Origin: the human T2T-CHM13v2.0 reference genome, Homo sapiens
Direction: 5' to 3' (one strand)
Assembly: GCF_009914755.1 (NCBI RefSeq)
Contig: NC_060931.1
Length of the DNA stretch: 64,000 nt
The translations under genes were made by a program, and so were the position numbers. This document shows, in pieces, positions 43,918 through 61,415 of the stretch. How positions within the stretch are numbered: the first letter of the stretch is position 1; every line of letters starts with the position of its first letter. The notes beneath the pieces were generated by a model. That model saw only the letters and a list, made by a program, of their open reading frames with translations, was not told the origin of the DNA and searched no databases.

Positions 43918-44096
43918 ACCAGCACTACTCACGGTTGGACCAAGGACCCCTGCACCAGAAGCTTGTTTAAAGGCTGCCAATTCCTCAGCCCACTACAGGG
44001 TATGTAATCAAAATCTGCATAGGTGGGGCCCTGGAATCAGCATTTTTACAAGCACCCTTGGTGATCCCTCTGTACCCTGAGGCTTGATAGCCTCTG
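43918..44096 (+). mobile_element. MER5-type hAT MITE
   Basis: AGCTTGTTTAAA...AATCAAAATCTGCA..GGGGCCCTGGAATCAGCATTTTTACAAGC..GGTGAT. Confidence 0.65.
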
Positions 44097-44531
44097 CAGT
44101 GCACAGTCAATAAATATGTGCTGAACACTGAATGAACATTTCCAAAGAAAGAGAAACTTACCCCTCTCCTCAACAAAGGTCCTAGACTCACAAAGACAAC
44201 ACCAGAGAGAAAAGGAGGAAAGGCACAGAAGAAAATACAGTGCATTTAACCCAGTAGTTCTTATGTGTCTGCTGCAAAAGAACCCTTCTGCTCTCTTAGG
44301 AAAAAAACAAAGCAAGGCTCAGTTCCTCTGAGGTTAGTGCAATCACTACATGACTTGTTCAACTCACTGTGGCCTTCAACTTATTCATTAGGGCTGGTTC
44401 TTCCCTTACCCCCAAATGACGACTCAAGGAAGTCCTGTAACATCCCAGGCTACTGCTAGGTAATATAAACACTACTTTGCTTTAATAAGTAGAACATACA
44501 AACCCAGGTAATAGTCAAAACTCCAACTTGG

Positions 44532-44814
44532 GGCCAGGCGCAATGGCTCACACCTGTAATCCCAGCACTTTGGAGGGCTAAGGCAGGAGGATGGCTTGAG
44601 CCCAGGAGTTTGAGACCACCCTGGGCAACATAGTGAGACTCCATCTCTAAAAAAATTAAAAAATTAGTTGGATGTGGTGGTGCATGCAGGTACTAGAGGA
44701 GCTGAGGCAGGAAAATCACTTGAGCTTGGGATTTTGAGGCTGGAGTGAGCCATGATCACACCACTGCACCTCAATCTGGTGACAAAGGGAGACCCTGCCT
44801 CATAAAAACAAAAC
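44532..44814 (+). mobile_element. AluJ
   Basis: GGAGGATGGCTTGAGCCCAGGAG and GAGCCATGATCACACC; TSD AAAACTCCAA(C/T)TTG at 44517-44530 and 44815-44828. Confidence 0.9.
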
Positions 44815-46034
44815 AAAACTCCAATTTGATTTGAGGTTTCAGACCCCTTCACCTCCCACGTCCTACATGTCAACCAAATTGTAAGCAGAAAGCCTGTAAC
44901 TGGGAAAGGGAATCTCTCTTTGTTCCCCACCTACAGTTTCAGCTCCTCCTCCTCTATCTTTAGTTTCTGACTCTTTCAGAGGAAAAGAAAGCAGGGATGG
45001 TTCCTACTGATGGGCACTAACTACTGTTGGCTGGCTTCACGCTCGCTGGACTTGGAGATATTTACAGATAACTCTTTCTGGGGGATGGTATTGTGGTTTT
45101 TGGAAACCTCCCAATCCTGGCCTCTCAAATACAGATCCTTTAATGTGGGTGATGCCCTACCTCTAAATTCTGCATGCTGAGATATATTCACCTCTGCACG
45201 GGACTCTCTCAGACACAATCTCAGGTGGGCCATGCTAGGGTTTTGTCACTCATGTGACCCACATCCAGCCCCGAGGAAATTCTCATGCAAGCCTCAAGTG
45301 CCAGCCACCAGGGCCACAATCTCTCCATAGCCTCCCTGTTAGAGCAGCTAACCAGCCTGTCTTTTTACCTGTGGCATTTTCCAAGAAGAGGCCAACACAG
45401 GTCTGATGTGACTCCCTACTGCAGGGACATAAACCAGCTCCATGGAAGCCTCCTTTTCTTGGTATGAAATGAAGGGGAAAGAGTCCCTACTCCTTCAGAG
45501 AGTGGGACTCACAGAACACCAATAGCTCTTTCCAAAATTACTATTTAAAATCATATTTCTGTATAAGATAAACAAAGCATGAAGAGATGTCTACCTAATT
45601 CTCAGACATCCTCTATGCATCTTGTTTCAGCAATGCACTATAGTGTCTGATCTGAAGGCCCATAACAGAATGAGACTAGGCTAGACTATTTAAACATGAC
45701 TTTAAGCCGGCTCAGAGGGTAACCTCCCATCAGATAATATGGCTTGCACCTTTAGCTCACTCAGAATGAACCTCCATGGGGCAGAGAGGCTTTAACTCTT
45801 CTCACCTGGGAGGTCCAGAGGCTAGATAAGAATTCTTAAGACCTGACTGAAGAGAATAAAAACCAACAAGTGGCCAGAGTTCCCTCAACCACCGTGGCCC
45901 ACCTTCCAGATTCTGAATCTCCGTCAGAAGACCTACCTCTCCCCATCAATGGATGCCAGGAAGGGCCATATGTTTCAGGGACAGATGCCCTTCACCCGGA
46001 CCTGTAGCCTGGTCCCCCGCAGATGCTGTCAGTC

Positions 46035-46196
46035 ATCAGGTGGATAGGTGTCTCTGGATGAACTTTAGAAGGGTCTGAAATTCCCTGAGAAATTATGTTA
46101 AATTTATAAGTATAAACACATCTCTCGGTAAAGGGTACATTTTTTTTATCAGATTCTCAAAGGGGTTCATAATCCAAAAAGTGTTTTTGCAGCCCT
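46035..46196 (+). mobile_element. hAT-Charlie relic (Charlie4z-like)
   Basis: ATCAGATTCTCAAAGGGGT...CCAAAAA end motif; family name uncertain. Confidence 0.4.
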
Positions 46197-46270
46197 GGAG
46201 TTTCAGCATGGTCTGAACTAGGACAATAGTGTTCTAATGTTGGCTAACAACTATTAATATAAAAGACATA

Positions 46271-46906
<636 letters not shown>

Positions 46907-47451
46907 TGTGTACCATAACCAGGGCATCACTTCATTATACCTACTTTGTGTAAATGGGAGCGGAAGAGGCTGCCCAGAAAGAAGAGCTGAGCTTTGAAAG
47001 AAGGGTAGGATCATGACAGAGGGAAATAGAAGGAGGGGGAGCTAAGGGGTCATTTCAGAAAGCAGAACAAATCATGAGCAAAAGCCAGGTGTGAGTGTGA
47101 AATGACGTGCAGTGGGCAGCTGGAGTGTGAGGTTACACCCAGAAGAATATTGGGAGCTAAAACCTGAAAGTGGGCTTAGAGCAGAGTCGTGAAGGGCTTT
47201 CATGTGAAGGGAGATGATGTGTACTCTCTGGAGATGTGGGGAGACAGTGAAAATTATTAACCAAGAAGAAATATTGACATATCACCTTGTGCTTGAGCAT
47301 TTGCATGTCTGTTTTCCCAGATAGGATGTGAATGAAGTGCAGGAAGGCAGAATCACAGTTGAAGTTATGTTTATAAGTTCAATTGTGTGCACATTCCCCA
47401 GCCTAATGCAGGTGCTTAATAAATTTTTAGAGTAAGGAGAGAAGATGCATT

Positions 47452-47610
47452 GGAAGGAAGGGAGGAAAATGGAGGAGGAAGAAAGGAGGAAGGGAGAGGG
47501 AGAAAGAGAAGTAGGGGAGGAGGGAGCTATACTTTAAGAATAAACATTGTATATATTTATATATATAGAGAGAGAGAGAGACAGAGAGAGAGATAGAGAG
47601 AGAGAGAAAA
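47452..47610. repeat. GA-rich polypurine tract plus (TA)n(GA)n compound microsatellite
   Basis: Read directly: purine-rich 47452-47526; (TA)n 47550-47566 running into (GA)n to about 47607. Confidence 0.9.
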
Positions 47611-49503
47611 TGGGAGACTATTACATGAGTCCAGACAAACAATGAGAGCCTTCATGAAGTAAGTACCTTATAGTTTTGAGTTGCTATCTTGCCGTAAAAC
47701 TCAAATTCTCATCCTCCTCTAAATAGCTTTTCTATAAACTGTTTGAAATTAGTGTTAAATGTTCTCATTCATTGTGAGTAGAAGGGATCTTTGTGTTGCT
47801 TTACCCGTCCTATTAGCGAATCTGTGCTCATCCATCCTATACTTTTGCCTGGTTCCCCTTAGGGACAGAGCATGCAATTGCAGATGGCCAGGAGTGGAGC
47901 GTGACCAGGGGAAGAGAAGTGAGTAACTGACCCATGGGCCTCACTTGCACCTTATGCTTTGGCCCTTCCGCCGCCTGCTCACTCAACAGGGCAACGTGTT
48001 TGTTATGCCTGGCTGACTTTTACATCCTGCCAGCCCAGACATACTAAAAACCTGACCTTCAACTCAAACCCTCTTAATCCATGTGCTCTATTATGTTTCT
48101 CTCCAGATTGAGTGGAATTTGGGTCAGCCCTTGGTTAGGATGACATTTTTCGCTCTTTTAAGATTATGATTTAATCTGTCCATCTCAGACCTACCTGCAG
48201 TACTTTTCTGTTTATCCAGATAACCTTTCAGGGCTCTCCAAGCTTGTCATTTCCTCTTTAACCACATTTCATATACATATTTCCTATTGAATTCCTATAG
48301 CACACCTTCAAATCCTGGATTCTTAGGTGGTGTTCATTCACTTCCTTTAATAAGTTGTTAGTTCATAAACAAAATTATTTTACAGAATTTTTAGGATATG
48401 GCTCCAGATGCATCCAGATGGCTGCCTTGGCCTGTACAGTTATATATTTTCAAGAAAGGAACACAAGAATTTGATTTTTTAGAAAAATAAATCTATACCA
48501 TTCCCCCAAATTAACTGCAGCTCCATTGCAGGCTCAGAGGTCACATGATTTATAGGTAGTCTCCTAGAACCCTGAGCAGTGGATCTTGGGAACCTCAGAA
48601 ATTCTCCAGTGGTATCTCTACTTTTGTGAACTTAACCAAAGCAAGCACATGATACATGTTAGGTAGGAAGAATAAGCTGAAGTCATCAAGTGGCCAATCA
48701 AATTACAGCTCCCTACAATTATAATTCCTAATTATTTAGTGAACATCTGCTATATGCAGGTTGCTGAGAGAGAAGACAGGAAGATTTAAAAAAAAAAAAA
48801 AAGTCCTGCATAAAAATGGTTACCTTCTTTAGGGAGCTAGTTGGTAAAAGAACCATCCAGGGACACATTAATTGTGGTGCAATGCACAACAGGATGTCCC
48901 CTCATAGAATTTCAGGAGAGGGGGCAGTTCATTCTGGCTGCCATGGATCCCAGCAAGAGGACAGCTGCACTCAGCTCCAGTCCCCATGCAGGGTCATGTT
49001 GCCAGACCTTCTGGATGTGGGGTTGTGTTTTGTTTTGTCTTTAAGAAAAATGGACAATACATATTTTATGGAGGCTCTCCTGATTTTTTAGTCTTGTCAA
49101 CCCATTCAAACTTTTTTCAAGCCCTGTTTCTATGTGTGGAAGTGGGACATCCCCGTCTGCTGGCTGTGGATGGCCATGCACCATCAGCTTCTACCTCTGG
49201 ACTAGAAGTGAGGTTCTCAGAAGAGGTCAGAGTGTCTCTAGAAAAGTGGGTTGAAGTCAAAGTGCCCCCCCTCATTCTCTAATATTGGGCTGAGCACTAT
49301 GGTTTAATTCCTTGGGCTGAGAGATATCATATTCCCTTCTTTAAAAAAATTAATACGATAATCCTATCTGTGTTTTACAAAGATAATTCTGGTGGCAGAT
49401 GGGCACTTGGCAAATGGCTTGATAACATTAGTTAATTTAATAAATGAGAGAGAGAGAGTGAGGAAGGCAAGAGATTAGAGGTCAGTTAAAAGGCCCTTGC
49501 ACC

Positions 49504-49842
<339 letters not shown>

Positions 49843-49915
49843 TTAAACAAAGGGAAATGAAAATGGAAAGGAAGTGATAAATATGGAAACCATCTGAGGG
49901 GCAGAGTGAGACCTT

Positions 49916-50278
49916 TGTGGAGGTCACTAATGTAGTTCCCCAAACTTCCCTGGCTCTCCCGCTCTCTGAGAGTTGACACTTTGGCACTTCCTGGTCTCCT
50001 TGCATTCAAGTGGTGCCACGTGACCAGTGCTGGCCAGTGAGTTTCAAGAGAAAGTGATGGGGGCTACTTCTGGCCCAGAGCATTCAATTCTCACTCTCAA
50101 AAGCTCTCTTTCCTTCTGGTAATGTTCAAGATAGTAGGTGCTCCACCAGCTTGGCCACCTAAGTGACTACAATGAGCTGAGCCCCCTGATGATTTAGGAC
50201 ACGTAAAGAAGTAAACTGTACTGGGATGTTGAGGTTGCTTGTTATCGCAGCATAACCTAGCCTATCCTGACTGATCCA
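49916..50278 (+). mobile_element. Old MaLR LTR (MLT1I/J-like)
   Basis: GCCACGTGACCAGTGCTGGCCAGTGAG; 3' end TTGTTATCGCAGCATAACCTAGCCTATCCTGACTGAT. Confidence 0.75.
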
Positions 50279-52673
50279 TTTCTATTTGCCCCTTTTGTCC
50301 ACATTGCAGTAGACAAAGTAAAAATAATACTATTTTACTTCTCATAAGCAAGACCAACCATCCTGGCAGAAATCCATGAGACATTTGCAGAAAACACTTG
50401 TAATCATATAGATGATGCAACCATATTACATCCTAGCCCCATTAATAGTCCAGTATTGTATTGCTTTTTATGAATTTTCTTAGGATTCTATTTTTGATGA
50501 CCCTTTTCTCGCAGCAGAGTGTAGAATTAATGTAATTATTTTGTTAAAACTGTCAGTTGCGTTCTTTTTAGCTTAGTACATATGAAAGCCTTTAAAATGA
50601 ATGCGTGAATTGAATGACTAATTTGCACATCAATACAAAATAACCAAATTACTCACCCAGTATCTTCATAATCCTACTAAAGAATTCTATTGTAGAGATG
50701 GAAAGAGAAAATAAGAGTGAGAATAATAATAATATTTATGATATGAGTAACTTTTAGCATTAACACGAGTAACATTTTGCTATACAATTAAAATCATTTT
50801 ATTGCAGGTTTCTTCTCAAAGAATCTGGAACAGAATTACAAATCTGGCAAAGGTATATTTTTAATCCTATATCTCAAAATATAAAAAGAGATGTAGCTTA
50901 AGAGACAGTATTATCATTTATTGTGTATCCCAAGCAAAGCTAGGATCCATGTGGTCCTAGAATCATGTCTTAGATTTCATCTGTAAAGTGAGGAAATATA
51001 TGCTATCTCCTCTTCTTAAAAACTAAGCAAGAGCCAAAGAAGTAAGATCTGGAAACCCTTTTTGGCAACCCTGAAATTGTTGTATATGAACAAAATTGAA
51101 TTGCCTGTTTAGGAAGTTTAAAGTTCAGCCTAGATAAGAAAGATTCGTGGCGATGTGAGAGAAATTAAAGAGAGAACATAGTCAGATCCTTAAAAAGAAG
51201 TCTCTTGCTGTATACTCCAGCTTCCACAGCCTTCTAAAGGAATCAGCCACTGCATCTTTGTCACTTAACTTTTTTTAATCTGAACTGACAGATCACTGGA
51301 AAATAACTGTAGGGAATAATCCCCACACTGGCACAGGGGATGGATTAAATCAACCATGAAAATAAGCACTGGCCCATGTGTCTATAGTCTAAAAGAAATT
51401 TGAGTGAGCATAGTGCTGTGTTTAAACCAGGCACAGTAGCCATTGAATTGTCTGTAATATTTTCTCCTACAAATCTCCATTTGAAGGAAAAGTCAAACAC
51501 TGATGCTTTGAAAGCCGGGGTGCATCTTGCTTTGCTGAATTTAAGGAATTATTTTATTAACACAGGAATATAAACTGAGCATACTTCTCCCTTACCCCAT
51601 ACCGGTAGCATAATTTTTAGTGAATATGGCTTATGGGTTCTCTTCTACCTTAATTTTTATAAAAGTAAAAATATCCCTGGAAAACCCATGCTCAATAAAT
51701 GTTAGCTCTAATTTTAAACCTTTTAACCTCCAAGGTGGATTGGCCTTCTAAGAAGTCATCAAAGATGTAAATAGGTCTTTTTCACATTAATGGAGGAAAA
51801 ATAATGGGATTGAATGTGAGCACTTTTTTGAGCTGCTTCCTATCTCACCCAAATGTATATTCTGTCCTTAAACTCATTTGGTTTCAAGAAGACAGTGAGG
51901 CATAGACAGTGAATCTCAGACTTCTAGAAAAACAACAACAACCACTTGGTTATCCACGTATTGGAGAATTTGCAAAGCACAAAGAACCGTTATCCAAGGA
52001 GAGTCCCATTGTTTCTGCCATGTTCTTCACCAATCCTCTGCCAAACTCTGTAAGGAAAGAATACTACTAGTTCTTGTGTGAAGGCAAGATTCTCTGATGG
52101 ATAAATTTGGTCCCATCTGCTGAGCAAACAGATTTCAAATCAAGAATCAATGTTTCCATAAACAGTCTATGGATTCCTTGCAGGTTATCCAAACATCAAT
52201 TAAGCAAAATCAAGGAACATGTAGAATCTATCCACCAGAATTAAGTCAAAATGCCCACTCAAACCCTAGGAGTTCTAATTTGCTATTGCATTAACACCTG
52301 GAAAATACTTGAAATTTGATGGGAAAAGGCAGAAGAGGGTTATTTAAATTTTTTGTCTTAAAGAAGATCTTGTTAAAATGTTTAGTATTGATAGAACTGC
52401 ATTTTTTTCTTTAACTCATGCTGTAGGCTTATTCGAGGAGCAGAATTTTCATACCAAGCTCCTCACAGCTGAAAATCCATAACAATGATGCTTTCCCAGA
52501 GCCTGGGGAGAGTTCAGCTAAGCCCCAGGTTGTCCTAGTTGGTCAGAAAAGTCCCAGCTCCAGTTTCCCACCTTTGCACACTTTAAGACCCTATTTTGTA
52601 TTTCTTTCTCCTTTCCTACCAGACTATCTGAAATACTTTGCCTTCATGAAAACTGCATTTATTAAGAAATTCA

Positions 52674-53004
<331 letters not shown>

Positions 53005-53167
53005 TTATATTTTAACACCTTCGTATTTTTTATCAGTCAAGGATGTTTATTACCTTCAAAGTTTCTCTTCAGTGTGAATTCGCCAGTTTCATCACACTGG
53101 ATAAGCTTGACATATGGATTAACACATACAATCTTCTTAGGGGTAAAGAAGAATATCAATAGGCAAA

Positions 53168-53284
53168 CTAGGTATGGTGGTATATGCCTGTAGTCCCAGC
53201 TACTCTGAGAGGATTGCTTGAGTCCAGGAGATCAAGGCCAGGCTGGGCAACATAGTGAGACTCCCCACTCTAAAAAAGAAAAAG
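53168..53284 (+). mobile_element. FLAM-type Alu monomer
   Basis: GCCTGTAGTCCCAGCTACT...GGATTGCTTGAG..CAGGAG...CTGGGCAACATAGTGAGAC followed by an A tail. Confidence 0.8.
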
Positions 53285-53544
53285 AATTTTATTATGTTTA
53301 TTTTATATTGAAAATAGTTCATCATGTTCTCCAGAGATCCTGATATAAAATATATAAATCATATATATATAAAATTCTGTGTACATATATATATAGACAT
53401 ATGTATAAAATTTCTTCATTTGTAAAACAGTCATGTCTGACAACAAAGACAGTGACACCTTCAGGTTATTTCTAAGTGGACCCCCCCGCCAATAATATTA
53501 GTTCCATATATGTATGCATTAGTTTGTGTCAAAAAAAAAAAAAA

Positions 53545-54072
<528 letters not shown>

Positions 54073-54837
54073 TCTTAATCTATCGGGAACAAATATCTAT
54101 TGTTGACTTTTCAAGAGAAGGTTCATGCCACAGTTGGTATCATCAGTGGAGCCAAAGATGAATTTGGTCCTGTATAGGGTCTAGATCTCAGCCTATGGCA
54201 AGAAACTCAATTTAATTAGTGTCCTAGGCTGGATCAGAATATCACAATGCTGACTCAAACTGAAGAAGATAGATTATAAAACCAGAATGCCCGTTTTAAT
54301 TTACAAAGAGAAATATAATTGTCAAGGGGCGCTAATATTATTGCCCTTTGATCAACACCTTCTCTACTTGTAAAGGACAATTCCATGAAAATCCTTATCT
54401 TGTCAGAAGGTTGCAAGATGAGTATAAATACAGGACTTGACATGTCAATTTATTCAGAGATATAATGGCCACATGTGTCTACACAGTGGGATATGCCTGC
54501 CAGCTGGACCAGATAGGGCATGGCCTCCGACCACCACTCCAACCTCAGAATTGGCTTCTGTGATGCCGTCTTTCTGTACTTCCCGTAATGACTAACCTTC
54601 ATCTGATAGACACTTAGTTTCTGTCAATATGTTAAAACCTTCACCAGTTCAAGGATATTTAGATATACTAGACAGAAACAATGTCTAGTCCATGCAGAAG
54701 ATATGAAAACGGTTACTTCATCTCAATTTACAGTGGCTCAATATTATTTTATCCCATGTGTATAATTGCTCATATCACAGTGAGACTATAAGCAGCAAAT
54801 AAATGGGAAGCCATCTGTGTCTTTAACATGGCTTGGT

Positions 54838-54960
54838 GTAATATATATATTATACATAACATTGTAAATCTGTATAAAATATAATTACATGGTATATATT
54901 ATTGTAAATATATATAATTGTATAATATATAATAAATATAATAATATATTATTATTATAT
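54838..54960. repeat. AT-rich low-complexity / degenerate (TA)n
   Basis: Read directly from the sequence. Confidence 0.85.
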
Positions 54961-55189
54961 GTCTGTGTATATGAGACAGAAAGCAAGCCAAGAAGACCTG
55001 ATATGATTGTGCTTTCACCAACCCATTATAAATTTGCTCCATGGAAATTCATAGCTTGCCTCTCTGAGGGCAATTTCTACTTTCTTAAGAGTACTTTAAC
55101 ATGGCCTGTTACATAGTATAAACACCTCTGATAATAGTTTTAAAATATATACTTTGATTCTTAGAAGTCATTTGATTCTTAGGCACCGA

Positions 55190-55523
55190 AGTCACCGCCC
55201 CCTTACGGAAAGTCAAAATGTTTTGGAGTTTATGCCCCGTCCCCAGCTGGAATCAATGATTCACTGGTGTTGGGAGAAGTCAAGGGAATAGAGGGACTCT
55301 GTGAGGCAGGATAAACCTCAAGGTGTCATTTATGCTTCAGAGCTCCCTGGAATCAGGATGAGGCTGGGACTTGCCCTGAAATCCTGTCTTTGCTTGGCTT
55401 CTTGCCCTCCCATCCTGCTGTCCTCACTCCCCTCCTGGTTTTTCTTGGGAGCCCTTCTTTAAATCATTTGCACTCAAATCCTTAGGTCAGGGTCTGCATC
55501 TGAGAGAGTCCAATTTAGGAGAC
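55190..55523 (+). mobile_element. ERVL LTR16-type LTR, 5' truncated
   Basis: GGGACTCTGTGAGGC...CAGAGCTCCC..GAATCAGGATGAGGCTGGGACTT...TAAATCATTTGCAC..AAATCCT..TCAGGGTCTGC. Confidence 0.7.
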
Positions 55524-55644
55524 TTACTTTATAAGGTTGTTGAGAAAACCAATGAAGAAATTAACGTCAAATACTTAAAACAGTGCCTAAAACATAGGAA
55601 TTTGCTGTTATAATATAAAATGTAGCCATAGTTTTGAAACTAAT

Positions 55645-56360
55645 TTTTGTTTAAATTTTTTATCAATGTAATACATGCATGTGGTTAAAAATCAATTCAA
55701 TCCACAAGGCTTCTGAAAACATGCTAAGTTCTCAGCCATCCTCCTCTCCACCCTCAGGATTACTCCCCAGGAGAATCACATTTAACCGTTTCTGGTTTTA
55801 GGCTTTATGAGTTTACCTCCGTATTTCCAAAGACTTCCAGTTTATCTCTGTCTTTTATTAACTTGATATATCATCTGTTCATTTCCTGCTATGGAGTATG
55901 AGGGTTTAGTTCACTTACAACATCTCTCACTCTCTTTTTCTCCCTGCTCCAAAGAGAAGCATAGCACGATTTTTAGTTAACTGTATAATTTTAAGTAGCA
56001 TGTTTAAGTCTCTATTTGTTCTGTCAACTGCAGAGCCATCTCTTTACTCTCCACGTAGTACCCCGGTCCTCCCTTCCCCTCCTCCCTCCCACCAAGCATT
56101 CCCTTCCACGTGGTCAAGGATGATAGCTTTTGTGTTCTCGTGAAATCTTTCATGCTTTGTTTATAGGTTGTTCCAAAAATTGCAAGTCAGTAAACACTCT
56201 TGACTTTAATATGGCTACCTTATTATTTCCTGCAGAGCCAAAAAAATACGCAGTGATCAAGTATTCCTCTCAGTGTGGATTTTAGTGCCACTCAAAGAAA
56301 ACACCCAAGTGCATCATCCTTTCATACTCCACCAAATGCTCAAAATCACACCACATTTTA
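55645..56360 (-). mobile_element. Ancient L1ME-type 3' fragment
   Basis: GTAATACATGCATGTGGTTAAAAA...TTTAACCGTTTCTGGTTTTAG. Confidence 0.5.
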
Positions 56361-56371
56361 CTTTCAATTAA

Positions 56372-57525
<1,154 letters not shown>

Positions 57526-59132
57526 CATCACATTTTATTGCACAATTGGTTTATGTTTGTTTCTCCTATTGTTTCTCATAAAACCATGCATTTGTTTCTT
57601 ATGCTGTTTGTTTGTTTTGCCAGAAATTTCTTATTGCCCTTCCTTTTGAAATCATTATTATTAGTGTTATTATAAAAAGAAATGTGTATCTTCTTTAGGA
57701 AGTGGCTAGCATCTTTTCATTTCTTACTTTTTCTTCAGCATTGAATCCAACAGTTTTTCTCCTGGAAGCTCAATGACTTCTTGTTCTAATTTGGAACAGC
57801 TGCTTCATATTTGGATTGTGACTTTCCCTGACAGCTTTGATTTTTCCTGAATTTTCTTGTTTCTTTTTTCACATTCTCAGATTCTTCCAAAATCTGAGAT
57901 ATTTTTTCATTACTATGGAATCCCCCTTTTTTCTGCAGATTTTTCCCCTTACAGCCTCTGCCCCTATGCTCTGCTGTGGACTGGCTGCTGTCTAGAACTG
58001 CTGTACAGCTGTCACAGTGGGGCTCCCTTGTGTTGCTCTCTTGAGTGACTTCAACGCTGTTTCCTGGGTCCTTTGTCTTCCTCTTCCTTAGTTCATAACC
58101 TTATTTTGCTGAAGTACCTATTCAACTTTGTAAGAAAAAGTATGTAAGGATAAAATTATGTAAAGAGAAGATGTCTAAGTCTTTGTAAGTTGCAAAATGG
58201 GCCTTCGTCTGCTCTGGCCCTGGCCAGACAGTTGAGTTAGCAATAGAATTCTTGGTGGGAGATAACTTTCTCTCAGAACTTTGAAGGCATTGGTCCTCTG
58301 ATTTTAGCTATATAGTTTTGCTATTGAGAGGTATGATAGCAGTTTGATTTATGTTTCTTTGTATGTGGCCCTTCATTTTCTCTCCAAAATCTTTTTGGAT
58401 TTTAAAAGATCTTTATCTTTGGTGTCCTGCAGTTTCATGGGGGAATAGTCTAGGTGTGGATTGTTTTTCTTTCATCTTGGTTGGCACTCAGTAGACAACT
58501 GGAAGGACTGGGAAAAGCAATGGAGAGCTCAGTGTTTTGGGGTGAGATTGTAGGCTGACTGGCTTTTTTAGGGTAGGTGAGAGGAGAAGCACTTTACTTT
58601 GGGGTGCCCACATCCACATTAGAATGTTTTCTCAATTTCTTTCTCTTACTTTTTTGAGATTTTAGGCCTAGATGGGGTTATTCTGCAGGTGGAAATAGTG
58701 GGGAAGTCAGCTGTTCCATAAAGAGACCTCAGCAAGCACCCCCTGGGAACTCATGGGGGACTTGCCACCTCTGAGTGCTTAGCCCCCGCCCCCAACACTT
58801 TGCTGAGCAGGTGCAGCTCCCCTGGGGTAGTCCTGCATAGCTTCTACATTCTACTTTACATCCTTCGCTTTTTATCTTTCCTATTTAATGAGGTATCTAA
58901 AAGCTAATATTAGGTCTCAGACTTAACCTGTCCTAAAACATTCCAGTAAGTGTGCCCTAAAATGTCAACAAAGGCGGTAGTGGTTGGTGAATTCCCCTAA
59001 TTTCCAAAACAAAAGGCACTAAAGAACACTGGGTGATTTCCAGATGTCTATTTCTTTTCTTTCCAACCAATGATCTTGTTTCAATTTTTTTTTTCTAATG
59101 GCAGAACAATTTGTTTAAAAGAAATAGTCTCA

Positions 59133-59583
<451 letters not shown>

Positions 59584-59969
59584 TTAGAATGCAGATTTTG
59601 CCCTACTCCCTGGAATCTAATTTCCTTACAAGCTCCCTTGGTGATTCTGGTCCACAATTTGAGATAGGCTGCTAGAGTTGGCAGAAACAATCAACCTAAG
59701 AAAGAAGCTTGGGTGGCTCAGACAATACAAGGAAATGTGTAGGGATGTTTTCATTAGAAGAATTTATCTTTATTTTCCCCTGACATCTCAAGAGACACTT
59801 AGATCTCTGCCTTAAATGCAAAAGAAGCAAAAAGACAGATTAAGGACATGTGTAGCAATACTTCTGGAGCTGATAACACTGACCATATGCAAGATGGTCA
59901 CACATCATAGACTCTGAGGCAGAATTGACTTTGCTTGTTTCTGACATTGTTGCCAAGAATAAAGACAGA

Positions 59970-60199
59970 ATTCTGGGTACACATGAACATAAAAATAGAA
60001 ATAGTAGACACTGAGGACTCCAAAACAGGGAGGATTGGAGGCATATGACAGATGAAAAATTACCTCTGGAGTACAATGTTCAATATTTGAGGAATGGGTA
60101 CATTAGAAGCCAAATTACCACTATTATACACAATCGACTCACGTAACAAACATGCACATATACCTCCTGAATCTAAAATTTGAAAAATTAAAAAAAAAA
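59970..60199 (+). mobile_element. Severely 5'-truncated L1PB-type 3' end
   Basis: GTAACAAACATGCACATATACCTCCTGAATCTAAAAT plus poly(A); TSD AAGAATAAAG(A/G)CAGA at 59955-59969 and 60200-60214. Confidence 0.85.
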
Positions 60200-61254
60200 A
60201 AGAATAAAGGCAGACCTCCCAGCAAGTTTTCACCTTCTACACTTTTTCAAAATCCCCAGTCCGCAGCCATCTACCTTTTCCCATCGACTTTGCAAAACTT
60301 CCATCTGCGGGTGCAGGCTAGGGATACCCTTACTGGGGACACCAGAAGGGGTTTCTGATTTGCATCCTTGGTTCAGCTCCCTGAGATATTCTTACCTAAT
60401 GGGCATGTGTGGATGTTCCATTTACTAATTCAGATTCCTCCTTTTGGGATGTTCAAGATTCCTGTTTTTTCTTCTTCTAGAGATCTTAGTGGGGAGCAAA
60501 AGCACACAATAAATACAGAGTTAGGGAGGCAAAGGCTACATCAGGGAACACAGGTTTTTCCATGGGCCCATTGATTCTTTACAACTGGGGCTGATCTGGG
60601 AGTTGCTTCCCCCAGTTAGGGACAAATCCAGCTGGGGAAATCTTAGATGCCACCCCGGAGATACTCTAGAGACAATATGTCACAGAGTTCTGTGGACAAG
60701 GTAAACTGATGCCTAGTTACTTTCCTTAAACTGGCACCAAGCCTGAGCACAGAGCTGCTGCCGCCCTATGTCTAAGCATGGAGGAGGCATTTTCTTACCA
60801 TCAAGGTAAACTAGTGGTATGAATAACATGTACCATGGCCCTTCTCCACCTCCCTTCCATTCATACCTCTCACCTCCCTTCCTGCAACCACTCTGTTGCT
60901 TATAATAACAGCCATGTTTCTCTGTTCCTTATAATAACTCGTGGCTCATACTCAAATTAGCATCTTTATCTTTGAAACACACATTTACATTTCTCATCAG
61001 CAGGCTTTAAACAAATGATTTGCCTGCAGTAGGACTGAGGTACAACTGTACACTTTCCCAGGAGCCGAACAAGCAGACCCTTCAATTTAGGCTCAATAAT
61101 GAGATACCTGAGCCACCTCTTCTCACAAGCACAGCCACGGAGCGCATCTTTCTGCATGTGAGCAGTCTTCTGTGGTCAAACCCTTAGGAGAAAATTGGTT
61201 GCCTCATCATTACAAATAATCCTGTCATGTAAGAGGTTTTGGGAAGTGCCCAGG

Positions 61255-61415
61255 GTATTCACTGGCTGTGTAAACTTGGGAAGGTCACTTAACCTTTCTG
61301 AGACTGAGTTCTATATGTATAACATGGCAATAACACCATCTATCCATACAGTTGTCTTGAAAAGCTAATTCATCATATTAAATGAAGGTATCTTCAAACT
61401 GTGAAGCACTGTCTT
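61255..61415 (+). mobile_element. MIR
   Basis: ACTGGCTGTGTAAACTTGGGAAGGTCACTTAACCTTTCTGAG. Confidence 0.75.
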
